From the NCBI GenBank assembly GCA_013265495.1, contig MU058198.1:4166419-4230418 (forward strand): 64,000 nt of DNA, in the 5' to 3' direction. Shown piece by piece: positions 1 to 14,243 of the stretch. The notes under the pieces are model-generated. The model was not told where the DNA came from. It was given only the letters and a program-made list of their open reading frames with translations, and did not search any database. Source of the stretch: Vicugna vicugna. Taxonomy: Eukaryota. Numbering within the stretch: position 1 is the stretch's first letter; every line of letters begins with the position of its first letter. A program made the position numbers and the translations under genes.

Positions 1-170
1 GTTCCCTATTATTAACATCTTACGTTTCTGTGGTACATTTGTCAAAACTAAGAAACTAACATGCATTGGTATTACTGAACTCCAGTTCTTCCATTAACTT
101 TTTTCTGTTCTCGGATCCAGTGCAAGATAATTTGTTTTGTTGTCATGTCTCCCCAATCTCCTATGGTCTC
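1..170 (-). mobile_element. Ancient L1M 3'UTR fragment
   Basis: ccctattattaacatctta...tggtacatttgtcaaaactaagaaactaaca is a typical L1MB/MC 3' motif. Confidence 0.55.
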
Positions 171-3100
171 CACACGGTGTTTTTATTCTTGTTCTTTAAA
201 AATAATTGATGCTAACACCTAAAAATCAGGGGAATTCACTTGATTCAGAATTATAGTTTATACTGTCAACATCATTTTTGTCTTTCTGTATTATAGCCAG
301 TATAAAGCCTAGGTATAGTCCCATGTGACTGTTAAGGACTTGAAATGTGGCTAATGTGACTGAGGAATACATTTGTAATTTTATTGGACCACATAGCTCT
401 AGAGCCTTCTTGTTAAGAGTCAAGATTTTAGTGCTCAGACTGAGCATAACTGGTTAGGTCCAGCACTCCCTGTAGAGTTCTACCTTAATGGGCTGTTTCT
501 TTTCTGAGGCTACTGCCATTCCTGATTAAATGATACCTACTGATGTTTCTGTCATTCAGTGATGAAACTGTTCTTGTAAAAGTTGGATTTTTGTAAAGTA
601 TCATAAGTTGAAGTAAATTATTGACCAGTTTATATGAAGACACTTTGATGTTTATTTCTTTGTGCAGTGGACTCATGCTTCATCTGATAAAAATGTGGTC
701 CAGTATGATGAGTGACACAATGAAATTGTTGAAAATTTTATTCTTCTGATTTGAACTTTGAAAAACTATAAGGAGCATAACTACTTGAATGTTAGAATAG
801 AATATTTAAAACACCTTTTAAAAATATATATATTATGAGTATGTCTTTGTAACAGTAGGGGAGTGAAATGTTGAAAAATTTATGGTGAGATATAAGAATA
901 GGTGGATAAATTTTAAGATGCCCTTTGGCCTTGTGTATTGTTAAGGCAAGGAAGGAGTGGTTGGGAACTCCATCACGATTAATAGTCATTTTTTAAAAAA
1001 CAGCTTTTCAGTTCTAACAGTGGCTTGTTTTGGAAGCATACTGATTGTACATTCCTTGCAAAAGAAGAAGCACTGTTAATTTTTGACAGCTAATATTTAT
1101 TTTTCAATATACCCATTGGTTGATGGATCGATTGATTGATTGATCATGCCAGTGCTTTTCCAGGTGATTTCATAAGCAAGCTGTATTTCGGAGAATAACA
1201 AACCCTAGAGCTCCTTAAGGAGATGAGGGGAGCCTGGCATGGAAGCAGGAATAGAGAGAGTGTGATACAGAGTTTTTGTTTTCTGCTGATTACATAGGGA
1301 AGCATAGTTTATTACTGCTGTTCTCTTTCTGGATTAATTAAAAACTCATGAAAACTGAATCAACATTTACAGCACAGTTTTGTTCCTGCCACAATTGGAA
1401 ACCATTATTCTTACTCACTTCTGGCCTTACTATTTGTTTTTCTGTCAGACACAATTTCAGTACTTAAATCCATTGGTCTAGAGAATTATCAGAAAATTCA
1501 ATTCAAGAGCTGTTAAATCAGCTGCATGTCAAACCGTGCTGGAGACATCATGATAGCTGACTCTGAGCACTTCCTCTGCTGCATGCACTGTGTGTTATAT
1601 TTACTTCACTTAATCAAGGAGGTCCTCTAAATAATGCATAGGTACTGGTGATTCAGGACACTGTACTCGAGCAGCTTTTTGGGAAATGTGTGGGGACTCG
1701 GGAAAAGGGCCAGGGCAGCAGGCAGGGAACTGTGAGACTTCATGGTGGTGGATTTTTTAAAATGACTAATACAGGAATAGGGCTTCATCAGTGTGCACCA
1801 GCACAGTGTAATAGTCCCTTCAGCAGCTCTCTGAGGGCAGTTCTGTCACCACTTACAGGTGAGATCGGGGCTAAGAAAAGTAAGTAACTTGCTTGCTGGT
1901 TGTGCAGCTGAGTCAGGGTTTGATGGCTAACTCCACTGGGCTGTACCTGCTTCTTTTTCTTTGAAAACAGTCATGTAATTAGTTACATGGAAGACAAAAT
2001 GGGGGGGGGGGCTACGCCATTGCCCATGCTTTAATAATATTCAGTGAATGAACTAAAACAACACATATTTTAAAAATATTCCAGAAAGATCTTTTAACAG
2101 ATTTTATGGTATTTCCCTTTTGACTGAGCACAAAGAAATAAATAAAAAACTGTTTCATCAGCATAATTTTTTGAATCAGGAAAGATTTGACAACTTCTTG
2201 ATGTTTGACATGGTCAGCTTTTCAAGAACTGTTTAACATCCGTGAGATATTTATTGTGTGCCGACCCTGTTTCATGCACTGTTGTGGTCATTGTGGCACG
2301 TGAACAAAACAGACTCTTAAGTCCTTGTCCCCTCGATGCTTCCGTTCTCATCTTTGTTTTAGTTTGGTAAAGGTAAATGTATTTACATGTGGTCTCAGCT
2401 TACCACTGTGTTTTCCCCATGAGATCTTAAGTTTCTCAATCACAAAACCTCCTACAATAATGAAATTAAGGAACTTCGGTGGCTTCACAAAGGATTACTG
2501 TACTGCATAGGATTTTCAGAGGAGAAAGCTGAGGCCCAAAGGGATTGTGACTTGAAGCACGTTGCCTAACCTTGTTCACATAATGGCACATGTAGGAAAT
2601 GACATTTGTGGGGCTGTTAGGGTAAACAGAAGTAGCTGCTCACACTGAAGATGACAGTCCCAGTGGAATCTGGTCACCCAGACCCTGAAGTGAGATGTCC
2701 CTCAGCGCACTTGTAACCAATTTCTGTCACATAGGTTGGCAGGTTCTGCTATTAGAATTGGGGCTCGGTTCAGTGTTTTTCTCCACGGTATGCATAGTAG
2801 AAACATGACTTTTGTACTACAGACAGGTATTAAGTAATATTTGGAAGACCAGGTCCTGATTTCAAATGTGCCATGATGGTACTTCGGCTTTATGAGAGAT
2901 TTTGAAGGCAAATGTGTGATCTCTTTCAAGAAGCAGAGGTTCTTACTGGTTAAGAATTTACTGATGGCTAATGTGTTTCTTTCTATGAAGATGTTTTTGA
3001 GCTATGTAACAGGGAAGATTTGTAGCTATGCACTAACAGGAGGGGGGAAAATGACCTATTTAAATGGGAAGTAGTCAGTAAAATTATTTTTAAGTATATC

Positions 3101-3305
3101 AGAGTTAAAATTTTTCCTTTTCTCCTATTGAGAAAAGAAAATGATTTATATAGATTTATACATGTAAATCTAGATTTATGTACTCAATGAGGTTATGAAG
3201 AATGCTAAGGAGCCGTTTTTGTTTTAGGTAAGAACTATTTCATTTCTACTAAATGTAGATGTGTTTGCTTATAAGTAATAAATTACTAAAATAAATAGAA
3301 ATGAA

Positions 3306-3428
3306 GAGGGAAGGGTATACAGCTCAGTGGTAGAGTGCATGCTTAGCATGCACAAGATCCTGGGTTCGGTCCCCAGTACCTCCATTAAAAATAAATAAAT
3401 AAAAACCACCCCCCTCCCCCCCCAAAAA
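3306..3428 (+). mobile_element. tRNA-Ala-derived SINE (camelid Vic-1-like)
   Basis: ggg..tatacagctcagtggtagagtgcatgcttagcatgcacaagatcctgggttcggtccccagtacctcc, then an (AAAT)n tail and a C-run. Confidence 0.85.
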
Positions 3429-4000
3429 GTGAAAGATTTTGTGATTTCAGATGTTTATGATGAAGCTGGAGCAAGACGAAGGAGACAGGAAATAGATGGG
3501 AGAAAAGCAGAGGTTAATGCAATTAATAGAGTAAACTGTTGTCAGAAACCAGACTTAGAGACTGGTGAGCCCATAGTTGTTGGAGGCTTGTGGGAGTGTC
3601 CTGGAGTTGTGTCTTGAGCCTTGAGATATATTCTACCTTGGCAACAATTAGGTCTTCAATTTCAAAGAAAACAAACAAATCAGGAGTCTTCTGGTTTAAA
3701 TTTTGAAGTAGAAATCAGGATGGATTAGCAGGAATAGCTTTATCAGTTATAACCAGGTAGGAGAAAGCTCCAGAGTAGGAAAAACACATGATACATCATA
3801 ACTTCACTTTCATATACTTGTAATTCTATTAAGAATAGTAGCTGTGCTTCAGAATGCCTGCTGAGTGAGAGCCTCTCCGTGCTGTAGCCTCAGAGCGAGT
3901 ACGCCTGATAAAGTGGTACTTAAAAAGGCAGCATTTTTCCAGAAGCAAAAAGTGCTGGATCATATACTAAAGATAATGTTGGAATTTTAGCATAAACATA

Positions 4001-4230
4001 ACATAGTGGCTAGAAGTCCAGGCTTCTGAGTCAGAAAATCTTGGATTTGAATACTGCCATTGTAGTTCTTATCTCTATGACCCTGAGCAAGTGCCCTAAC
4101 CTCTGTCAGCTTGACTCTTAAAAGGATATAATCCAGGCTACTTAATGTGGGAATGAAGTGACATATAGAACGTAAATCACTGGAGCTGGAGAGTAGTAGA
4201 TGCTGAATATGTAATAGATAACTTATTATT
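4001..4230 (+). mobile_element. MIR SINE
   Basis: catagtggctagaagtccagg...gaccctgagcaagtgccctaacctctgt. Confidence 0.6.
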
Positions 4231-5355
4231 TTAGATACCGGTTAGAAAAATTGTAAATTTTGTAGCTTTCAAAGTCGTTAAGCCAGAATTAGTCATTCCT
4301 CTATTTTTGGAGAGTTTGATTTTGCTCTTATAAATTAGATGCAAATTTATGCTAGGAGGAACATTGGTTTGGGGGTCAGATTTAGTTTTAAATTTTAGCT
4401 CTGTTTAATCATGGGCAGCCTTCTTCTGAGCCTTAGTTGCCTTATTGGTAAAATTGAAATAATAACTCAAATACATAGAATCATGGTGGGGATAGAGAGA
4501 TATTAGGTAAATTGCCTAGAATCCAGCTGATACTTGGTAAATTTTAACTTCCACGACTGTGGTTTTGCAGTATCCTAGCAACCTTTCAGTCCCTTGAAAC
4601 AACATACTAGCCGTTTCCCCAGTCATTTCAGAGTTCCTCCTCACCCAGACGATGACTTGCTTTTTCCTCTCATTAAAGTAGAACCCAACCCAGCATGCGT
4701 GAATCACAGTGCAGTGTCTCTGCTGTAGCGCAAGGAGTATGTCTTGCAGCATGAGAATGGGATATGTTATCTTTAAAATTTTTGTCAGGCCAAAATTCGT
4801 ATTTTATTGTTTTGGTATATTTATTTCTTTATTGGTAAAATGGGATGTCATATGTTTAATTACTTGTACTTTTTTGTTCTTATGAATTGCCCATTCTTCT
4901 CTGCCCATTTACCTCTTGGGCCTAGAGTTTTTGTTATCTATTTACATGAGCTTTTTATATAATAAGCTCATTGACGTTCCAGCTGATGTGTTTGACACAA
5001 ATATTTCTAAGATTATGGACTGTATCATATGTTTGAGTCTGAGGATGAAATGCCAGGCAGAAATATCTAAATGTCAAACCCTATAGGAGATACGTATGCA
5101 GAAGATGCAAAAATATGTTCAGAAACAGGAAAGCAGAACTAAGTGACGTTTATATTCTTAGCTTAAATTCTGGTCCTAAACTCCAGTGACTCTGTTGAAT
5201 GCTTTCCTATGTTAGGCTTAGCCTTAACCCAAAACAGTACCTTTTTCCCTTTGGTTAGGGAAAATTGGGGTGGGACATGGGAGGGGAGGGAATGGATCCC
5301 TTTAACTTGTTCCAAAGGAGAGATATTTTCCAGTTTGCCTTTTAATTTGAAATAA

Positions 5356-5379
5356 ACACACACACACACACACACACAC
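5356..5379. repeat. (AC)12 microsatellite
   Basis: Visible in the sequence. Confidence 0.95.
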
Positions 5380-8300
5380 CCTTGAAAAAATAAAATATTT
5401 TATTTTAAAGCTACATAATTTTATTTGCTCAAACTTAACAATTTTGAACTTTTTTATTTGACTCATTTTTATGGTGAGAAAACCTACCATTTCCAGATTT
5501 TAGAAAAAGTTTTGCCTATATTTTCTAGAAGCTTTTAAAAAATTCAGCATAGTATAGTGTTAGCTGTTTATCTGAACTTCATTTTTATATATTTGGAACT
5601 TTTATCTAATTAAAAAAATCAGCTATTCGTTCTGTATTTCTTAAATAATTTGTATCTCAGTGATTTATGATAATTCCTTTATTACATACTTTTGTTACCC
5701 TTCTTAATTTTTTTTTTTTAATTTCAGTGTGTTTATGTTTGGGACTGTTTTTGTTGTTCCTGTCACTGACTTCTGGTTGAATTGTTAAGGTTATTATCTT
5801 TTTTAGAGTCAAATGGAAGTCAGAAGTTCTCTGGATGTTGGTACAGTATATAGTAGAATAGTTTTCCAGATTTACTCGGACAGGAGAACCACATGTGATA
5901 CTTGTTTTTTAAAAAGACTGAGTGATTTAGTAGATTTGTGAGGCTTAAAGAATTTGTTCTGTTTTGTTTTGTTTTAAACAAGGGCCCTATAGCCCTTGTA
6001 ATTAAATAAATTTGGGGATCACTTGTAGAATTGTAAGTTATGAAAGAGAGACTTGAGGGCGATCTTACTTTTTTTTTTTCTTTTAAAGCATGTGCCTCTG
6101 CAAAAAAATAGATCTTTCATCATCCCACTTTTCTGCATCTCATGTATTTGGACAAGATTTGATGGACAGATTAACCAAAGATCTTGGAAATACCATAATG
6201 TAAACATTTTGTGGCTATCCTCTGTTTCTTAAAGAAGAGCTGCGTTTTAGAACACCTTGCCTCAGGTTATTTTGCTGAAGAGTAGAATTTGTTAGTAGGG
6301 TGGTTTCACCCAGAATTTCATTAATGAAGCTCGGTAAAAATACTTTATTCAGTGATCTCAACCTGAAGGATTGCAGAGAGACAAATCAGCTATGTTTCTC
6401 TTTGTGTTGGCAATTTGAGATGGGAGATTTGGGGTAGGATGAGGTCCTTGAAGCAGAGTCAGGTGCCTCCCTAAGACCCAGGAAAAGGTGTATTTCTGAT
6501 TTTTCTATGATTTTAAAGTGAATTAAAACTAAGTGAATTCAATTTAATGTCTTTTAAATTTGATATCTAATTTTGAACTGATTGTGTGTATCTTGCTGCT
6601 TGGTATTTTTTCTTTCTTAGGCACCTTTAAACAAATACTAAGATTTGCTTGTACCTGTATAAAATATAAATACAGTTTGTTACAATTCACATTAGTTTTT
6701 AAGTCTTATCTTTAAAGTTCTCAAACGTCTATGCAATCTGACTTGCTAAGGTTTAGCAGGATGGATTGTCAAGGATTTAGGTATTTAGCAGATTGACCAG
6801 TGGCACTTAAAACTGCAGCCATTTATCCAAAATGAAAATTATAGCACTGTGTCTGTATCAACTTAAAAGCTGGGCTTCCCCCTCTGTGCCTTTCAGCATC
6901 CCAGAACAGGGAATGTATATTATACAAGGGAAGTATATTACTGAGTCGTCTAGTGTGCGTATTAATGATAGCAAGAAGAGGATTTTTATACTGGTACATT
7001 TGGCCACGTTTTAAATAAATTTGAGTTAGAGGCTCATCTTAATTGAATAGAACTGCTCTTTTTTCAACCAGCTGTTTCTTTCCCCTCCTGCCTATCACCC
7101 TCTTAAAATATAAGAAGGTGGAATTCAAGTTTTTGGGCCTCAAATACAGGGGAAGTTGGCAAATAGTACTTCTGTGGCGGTGAATGGTGCTGCTCCTTTC
7201 CTCCATTTTCTCCTGAAAGCTGCAGAATGGGAATGCAACAAAAGTTGGAAACCTTTCTTTGGAGTTTCTTGGTATAGAGAATTTTCTAATCTGCTTTGAA
7301 GTTTTCATCAGGTTTGTGCCTTTTAAAAATCTTGCCCCCCAGTGTGATAATGCTGTTGCTATTCATCAGGAAAGATGGAAGAATGGATTCTACCCATACT
7401 TGTGCATTCCTTCTGAACGTGAGGCACAGATTCTTTAAAGTGGATATTATTTTCACTACAAAGCTACCTCGTTTTTTCAGCACAGCAGCTGGAATGATTG
7501 ATTAGAGAATTTAAGCTTAAAGAGATTATAATTACATATTGGAAACATTAAGAAGAAGAAAGATAAATATTTATGATGTTGCCTGATGAACAGTTACAAT
7601 AAAGATTTTAAAGACTGTTTATCCATGCATGACACTAATTTTTTAAAAATATCATTGAACAGTTTTGTTTTCTGAAGTGCTTTCATTGGTACATGCCATC
7701 TTGTCTTCAAAGATCTTGACTTTTTTTTTTTGTTGTAACGATAGTGTTGAGATTATAAACAATAATTCTAGATGAACTTAAAATTTTCCCCAAACACTCT
7801 GTATTCTGTGTATGCTTACTAAGAATTCAAGTGCAAATCTATATGTGTTTTTTTATTTTCTGGAGGGCAATTTGATATTTCATTCTATTGAAGTGAAACC
7901 ATGTCTTAAAATGGCATTTTGTGTACTATGCTGATTATTTATGCCATTAATTTTAGAAGATTTACAGTGTAGCCAATATGAAAACTATTATGCAAACTAA
8001 ATTGTAGACTTCAGAAGGCTAATAAAGGAAGGTCTTGGGGTATCAAGGCATGGTAATTGGTGTTTTGGGGAGTTTGGTAGTAATACAAGAAGGCTGGTTT
8101 GTATTTAAGTTCATTCATTTTTTTTCCTGTATTTTTCTGATATGAATGTATTAAAATAGCATTTTAAATGTTACTTTAAAGAAGCAAATATTAATTTAGA
8201 ATAATTTTCACTATTAATGAATAAGAGTACCATAACAACATTTATTTTTACAAATTTAGAACTTGGTATATTTAGAACTTTGGATATCGAACTGTCTTAT

Positions 8301-9759
8301 CCTTCATTTTTTACTAGAATGTTAAGACAATTGCTATGGTATTTTTTTTTCCAATTAATAAGCTATTTTTTAGAACAGTTTTAGGTTTACAGAGTGAAAG
8401 GATATTTTTACAGAAGAAATATTAGGAAATGCATAAAAGTAGCAAAAATGAATTTACTTGGTATTGTTTCACAACGTCTTGATTTGGAGTGCAGTTCAGG
8501 AAGATGTGGATTTAAATTCTTTGAGTGATTAATTTTCCTGTTCTCAAAACTTTTAAAAAAGGTTTATTTCTGGGCCAATTTAAATTTGGCCTATCTCCTT
8601 TAAACTGCGAAAGACCATGATATGGACTATGTAAAATGTAAAAAGAAAAAATTGTAGTGAGTATGTATATTTTATACCAGCTGAATGAAATAATAATCCT
8701 GTAAAAATACTTTTCTGTTCGTATGGATAATGGGATGTTACAGCTGATTAGGATGTTTTCCCACATTAATGATCATATTAACTCAACTTATCTTGCTCTC
8801 TGGAAACTGGCTCGAGATTTCTTTTTAGAGCAGAGGTTTGTCACCTGTGGGTTGTTCTACAGCACACAACCCAACTGCCATCATTGCCCTTATTCTTTCT
8901 CTCTCTCTTGATCATTCTTTCTCTTGCCTCACTGGTTCTTGATTATTCAGCCTCTTGAATGTTAGTGTTCCACAGTATTTCATTCTCAGTATCATTCTGA
9001 ATTATTCTTTGGATTCAGTCATCTCATATATGCTGATAGTTCTTAAGTTGTTCATTCAACCAGTAGTTCTTGATGATGTGCTTGATGCTGGGAATGGCAG
9101 TGATAAAAGGAAGGAAAAAAAGAAAAAGAAAGAAACCAGCACTTAGAGAGCACATGCCGTGTAAGGGATGCATGAGAGTTTTACAGGAGTGGAGGAGGGG
9201 AAGTTGATTGTCATAAATAGCTTCTGGGATCTTGAATCTTGGGTTGGGGGTTGGGAGGGCGTTGAATTAATTGTTTCCTAGGAAAGGTAGTGGGCAAAAA
9301 GATCTGCATGAAAGGTATCAAGGCATTTTAAGCAAAAGGAGTATGAAAGAGCATGGTTCCTTTTGGAGAATTGCAGATAACTTGATGTAGAAGAGAAGGA
9401 AATGTGTACAGATGTTACAGGATATAAATCTGGAAAAATGGCAGATAGAGGCCATGCTAAGGACTTTAGATTAATTCTGAGAGCAATTTAATAATAATTT
9501 AGATAACTTAGGGTAGAGAGATGATAGATTTTGAGAAAGGGTGAAAGAAAGGGTGGGTGGGATCAACACTTAAGCCAAGGAGACCAATTAGGAGGTTTTT
9601 GCAAGAATAAATTGATGAGGGCCTAAATCACACCATGACATTGGAAATACAAGGATGCATATGAATTATATCGAGGAGATCTGTTGGACCTTCTAAATCC
9701 AGGGTTTTAGTTCAAACTTAATGAATTCTAGAACCATATTTTCAGCTGCATTCCTATAG

Positions 9760-10225
9760 CAGTGGTTTTCATAGTTTATATGGATTCCTGAGAGACTTTC
9801 CTGAACCTTTCATGAGATCTACAAGCTCAGATCTGTTTTAAAAATAATAGAAAGACTTTATTCATCTTGTTCACATTTATTCTCTCATGAGTGTATAGTA
9901 GAGTCTCCTAGAGGCTACATCATGTGCAAATCACACAGCACATTTGATGCAGAAGTAAATAAGAGACTCCACCTGCCTTCTGTTAAGCCAAATATTAGAG
10001 AGATTTGCACAAAATGTAAAACAGTGCATGCTTCTTTCTTCCACTTTTGAAAAATAGTTATTTTTCAAAAAACATTTATTTTAATATGTAAAGATATTTT
10101 TAATGAATTAATAAATATTTTAGAAATTTTCTGTTTAAATTTCTAGTATGTTGAATAGCTATAGATGTAACCCACATACACAGAAGATCTTTGGTGTTCT
10201 TAATAGTGCCCAAGATTTGAATCCA
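9760..10225. mobile_element. hAT-Charlie (Charlie1-like) DNA transposon remnant
   Basis: ttctgttaagccaaatattagagagatttgcacaaaatgtaaaacagtgc resembles the recalled Charlie 3' region; cagtggtttt terminus. Confidence 0.55.
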
Positions 10226-10440
10226 GCCTGTGCTTCTTTGTTCTGGAACAGTTTATGTAAGGTTGATATTATATGTTTCTTGAAGATTTTTATTTACATG
10301 TTCCCTGTAAAGTGTTCTAGGCTGAGAACTTTTTAGAGAGGTAACTCTTGGAGCATCTTTTCAATGTTTTCTGCTGTTACTATACTGTAGGATCCTCTAC
10401 TCCTCTGTGAGCTCATTTTGATAAATTATATTTTACAGAG

Positions 10441-10570
10441 CAGAGGCCGGAAAACTATGGCCTGCAGGTCACATCTGGTACACTGCCTGTTCTTCTGTAT
10501 GAAGTTTTGTTGGAACTCAGTCATATGCATTAATTTCCGTGCTGTCTATGGCCGTTTTTTTGGTGCTGCA
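10441..10570 (+). mobile_element. MER58A-like hAT-Charlie MITE, 5' part
   Basis: cagaggccggaaaactatggcctgcagg...aagttttgttggaactcagtca resembles the recalled MER58A consensus. Confidence 0.65.
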
Positions 10571-10649
10571 TTTAAAGTTGTTTTTTTATATTCCCAGTAC
10601 TATTTTTATTTCTTGTTTTCTTTCCTCCATTGTTTGGGATTACTAAAAT

Positions 10650-11920
10650 TTTGTCTGATTTATTGGTAACAGAGTTAATGTTGGTGTTCCATCATATACT
10701 GTACTCTGCAGCAGTTTAGATAGCATTTGACTAACATACATGTTTCTTAAAAGTATGGTAGTTTTAAAAATATGAAGAATAATGCATGGTAGTATTAATC
10801 AAACTGTCTGATCCTGATGGATGATTTCTTAAATTTCTCCATTTCTTCTATGCAAATTAATCTAGTTTTCCTACTTCTTCTGGGATCAGTGTTAAGTAAT
10901 TCCCTCCAGTTTTTAAAATTACAGAGTTGAGTCTAAAGAAATACCTTAATTTTAGAAAATCACCTCTTATTTTTTTCCATTTTCTTTAAAAAATTTAATT
11001 TTTTTTAATTTTTAACTAGTATTTTACTTTTTTCATAGAACCCTGCCTTGGATTTATTGGTTCACTTTTAAAGTCATTGGTTTCTACTTTTTCTTTACTG
11101 ATTCCTTCTTTCTGCTTCTTTTAGTTTGATTTCTAACTTGAGTTGGTTGTTTGACATTCATTCTTATTTGCTGAGAATAATTAAGACTGAATTTTTCTTT
11201 GAGCACTGATTTAGCCGTATCTTAAAATTTATTCGGTATATTGTTTTCACTTTTATTTTTTTGCTAACCCTACAACTTTGATATTTACTTCCTCTTCAAC
11301 TCAAAATTTATTTAAGGCAGTTTTATTTGCTAGTGTTTTGGTATGATCGCACTGTAATCTAGAAATATTATCTGTATTCCTACTTTTTGCAATTGGTGTT
11401 TTCTTTAGTGCTGAATGGGGGGTGTGTGTGTGTGTGCGCACACATTTTTAATGACTGCTCCATGGGTGTTTGTCAAAAAAGTTGTTACCTGATTTCAAAG
11501 TATATGGTTTTACTCTTTATCAGTTTTTCTCTTTTCTGTCTCTATTTGGTTTACATGTTTTGATAGCAAGATTTGGTATATAAAGGTTCTTAACTGTTGA
11601 TACCTTTTTAGTTGGTTTCTTTTATCAACATGCAAAATCTCTTTATAATGCTTTTCTCTTTGAACTTTAAAAGTCTGATATTAATATTGCTTTCTCCAAA
11701 ATTTTGTTAGCATTTCTTGGTGGTATATCTGTCTCTGTATTTTACCCCCCAGTTTTCCTGTATTGTTTTGTTTCAGGAGTGATTTTTGCAAAGTATATTT
11801 TTTAAGTTTGTTTTTCTTTTCTTAACCCTGTTTAAAAAGCTTTTAATTAACTAGTGAATTTAACCTATTCGCATTTATTGTGATTACGGATACTTTGAGG
11901 CTTATGCTTGGCATCTCATT
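10650..11920 (-). mobile_element. Highly decayed antisense L1M(E) body
   Basis: Long T-rich strand-biased stretch with L1-like motifs; no ORF; boundaries approximate. Confidence 0.4.
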
Positions 11921-13593
11921 TTATATTTCATAGTAACCACAATTTTGAAATAATTCTCTTTACTGCATTCTCTGTGTCTGTTGAACAGATCAAGTTTTGT
12001 CATTTTCCCCTCCCTTTTTCCCCGCTTCCAGTGGTTTGGATATTTACTGACATAATTAATGGAAATTTTAACTACGCATATATAGTAGCCAAAATTATTC
12101 AGTATTTTTTATCTGCTACCCAGCAACGCCACCCTTACCCCCTACACCTACATGCACTGTTAGCTTCTCCTTTACTCTTTACTACTATATCCCATGTTTA
12201 CATCTGAGATTATTTAGTTTAGTTTTATAATCTGTAGTTACACGTCTAATGTTTTTACTGGTTGTTAGTGAAGTTTTCTAGCTCTGGAAATGAGTATCTA
12301 TCTCAGCTTTATTTACCCCATGGCACTTTATTGATAAGAAATACAGGAGTTCTTTCGATTTTTGAGGTAGGTGTGGGGTTGCTGGGTGACAGAGGTAAAT
12401 ACTGCTTCTAAATTCCTGGTCACTTCTGAAATGGTATCAGAGTTCTTACCCATGTCTTCATGTAACAGGTCATTCACAGTGTTTGCATGTAGGTAATTCC
12501 TTGAATGCATTAAAGAGCACTTTCCTGTGGCTATCTCACATAAATAACATATTGTTTGGGTATTAAATTGTTGTCAGCATCTTATCTTTTTAGTAATAAA
12601 GTGGCAGACAAGCTTGTATTTTTACAGTAGATAACTGTACCATTTTAAGATTACATTAAATTGCCATATATCATGCTGAGCCCAGTACCAGGCATGTGAA
12701 AGATGAGTTAGAGTTTTAAGTGCCTTATAATTTCATAGATACATTTACTTGATCTTCTTTTGGTTTCAGAGAGATTTTAGAATATTCTAGTTCCTTATTT
12801 TCTTCATGACAAAGGAATATACATTATTGCTACATTCTGGGAACATAAAATTGTCTATGAGACAAAATTTTCATAAAGTAATTAGACCTATAATGCACTT
12901 GGCCCAAATTATTAATAAGAGGTTTTCAGTTACCTTCAAGAACAGAAAGGATTCCAGACTGTAGATGGAATGTTTGTAATTTTTCCATGTAATTCCTTGT
13001 GAACTAAAATTTGTATTACTTTAGAAAAATCAAAATCAGATTTTAAAAAAGAAGAGGTCAAGATCATATATTAGGAAGTATCACTATTAGTGATGTAGGC
13101 GAATTCCAGTTACTCTGAGAAAGAAGACAATAGTAAGGCTGTTACCTGTTAAAGGGAAGGAGGCCCTGGAGCTGAGGGCGTGTAAGAGGAAGTTGGTGGC
13201 TACTGGAAACAAGTGAAGTGACCAGCATTTATCACAGCATCATATACATGGCAGGCATTTGATAAATATTTCCTGTATTTGGGCCACAGTAATAGCTTCT
13301 GTTTACTGAGTATTTATATTACACTGGGTACTAGACCAAGACTGTACCACATAGACAAGGAAAAAAACACAGATAAAGTAGCTAGTCAGTGGTGGGGCTG
13401 TTTTAATTTCAGGTCTGGAACTCTTAACCATTGAGCAGAGTTTTCTGTGTCCTTACGTGACCACATGGAGATGTATCACTTTATTTATCTGATGGTGGCA
13501 TCTGTGAAGATGCATCAAAATCTCACAGAAACATTAAACTGCTACAAAAGTATAAGGTGGTATTGTGCCAGTCATTAAAAAATAGACACTATA

Positions 13594-14243
13594 CAGGCAT
13601 ATTTCAAAGATATTGTGAGTTTGGTTCCAGACCACTGTAATAAAGTGAATGTGTATATATATATATATTATATATTATATATATATATTTATATATATTA
13701 TATATAACATATACATTATATATATTATATATATGTATATATATAATATATATATATATTTTATTTTAAAAGCTAATAAAACTGCCACACACAAAACAGT
13801 AAAGTGAGTATGGCAATAAAAGGTATCACAAAGTTTTTGGTTTCCCAGTGCATATAAAAGTTATGTTTACATTGTTCTGTAGTCTATTAAGTGTTCTATA
13901 GCATTATGTCTAAAAAACACAATGTACACACCTTAATTTAAAAATACTGTATTGCTGAAAATGCTAATCATCACCCGAGCCTTCTGCAAGTTATAGTCTT
14001 TTTAGACTAGTAATATGAAAGATGACTGATCACAGATCACCATAACAAATATAGTAACAAAAGAGTTTGAAATACTGTATCACCAAAATGTGAGACAGAG
14101 ACACAAAGTGAGCCAGTGCTGTTGGAAAAAAATGGAGCTGACAGACTTGCTCAACGCAGGGTTGCCGCAAACCTTCAATTTGTTAAAAATGCAGTATCTT
14201 TGAAGTGCAATACAGTGAAGCACAATAAACTGAAGCACGCCTG
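13594..14243 (-). mobile_element. Internally deleted Tigger1-family (TcMar) DNA transposon
   Basis: Both Tigger1-like termini (caggcatatttc... / ...gaagcacgcctg) form imperfect inverted repeats; TA at the left flank; no transposase. Confidence 0.85.
13654..13758. repeat. Imperfect (TA)n microsatellite
   Basis: Visible in the sequence. Confidence 0.95.

Noticed and set aside
559..749. C/D-box snoRNA (RTGATGA...CTGA pairs)
   Set aside because: No convincing terminal stem or recognisable rRNA guide; such motifs are common by chance.
3306..3428. Functional tRNA-Ala genes at 3306, 35899, 62476 and 62759
   Set aside because: SINE-type tails, extra 5' G-runs and variable decay indicate SINE copies.
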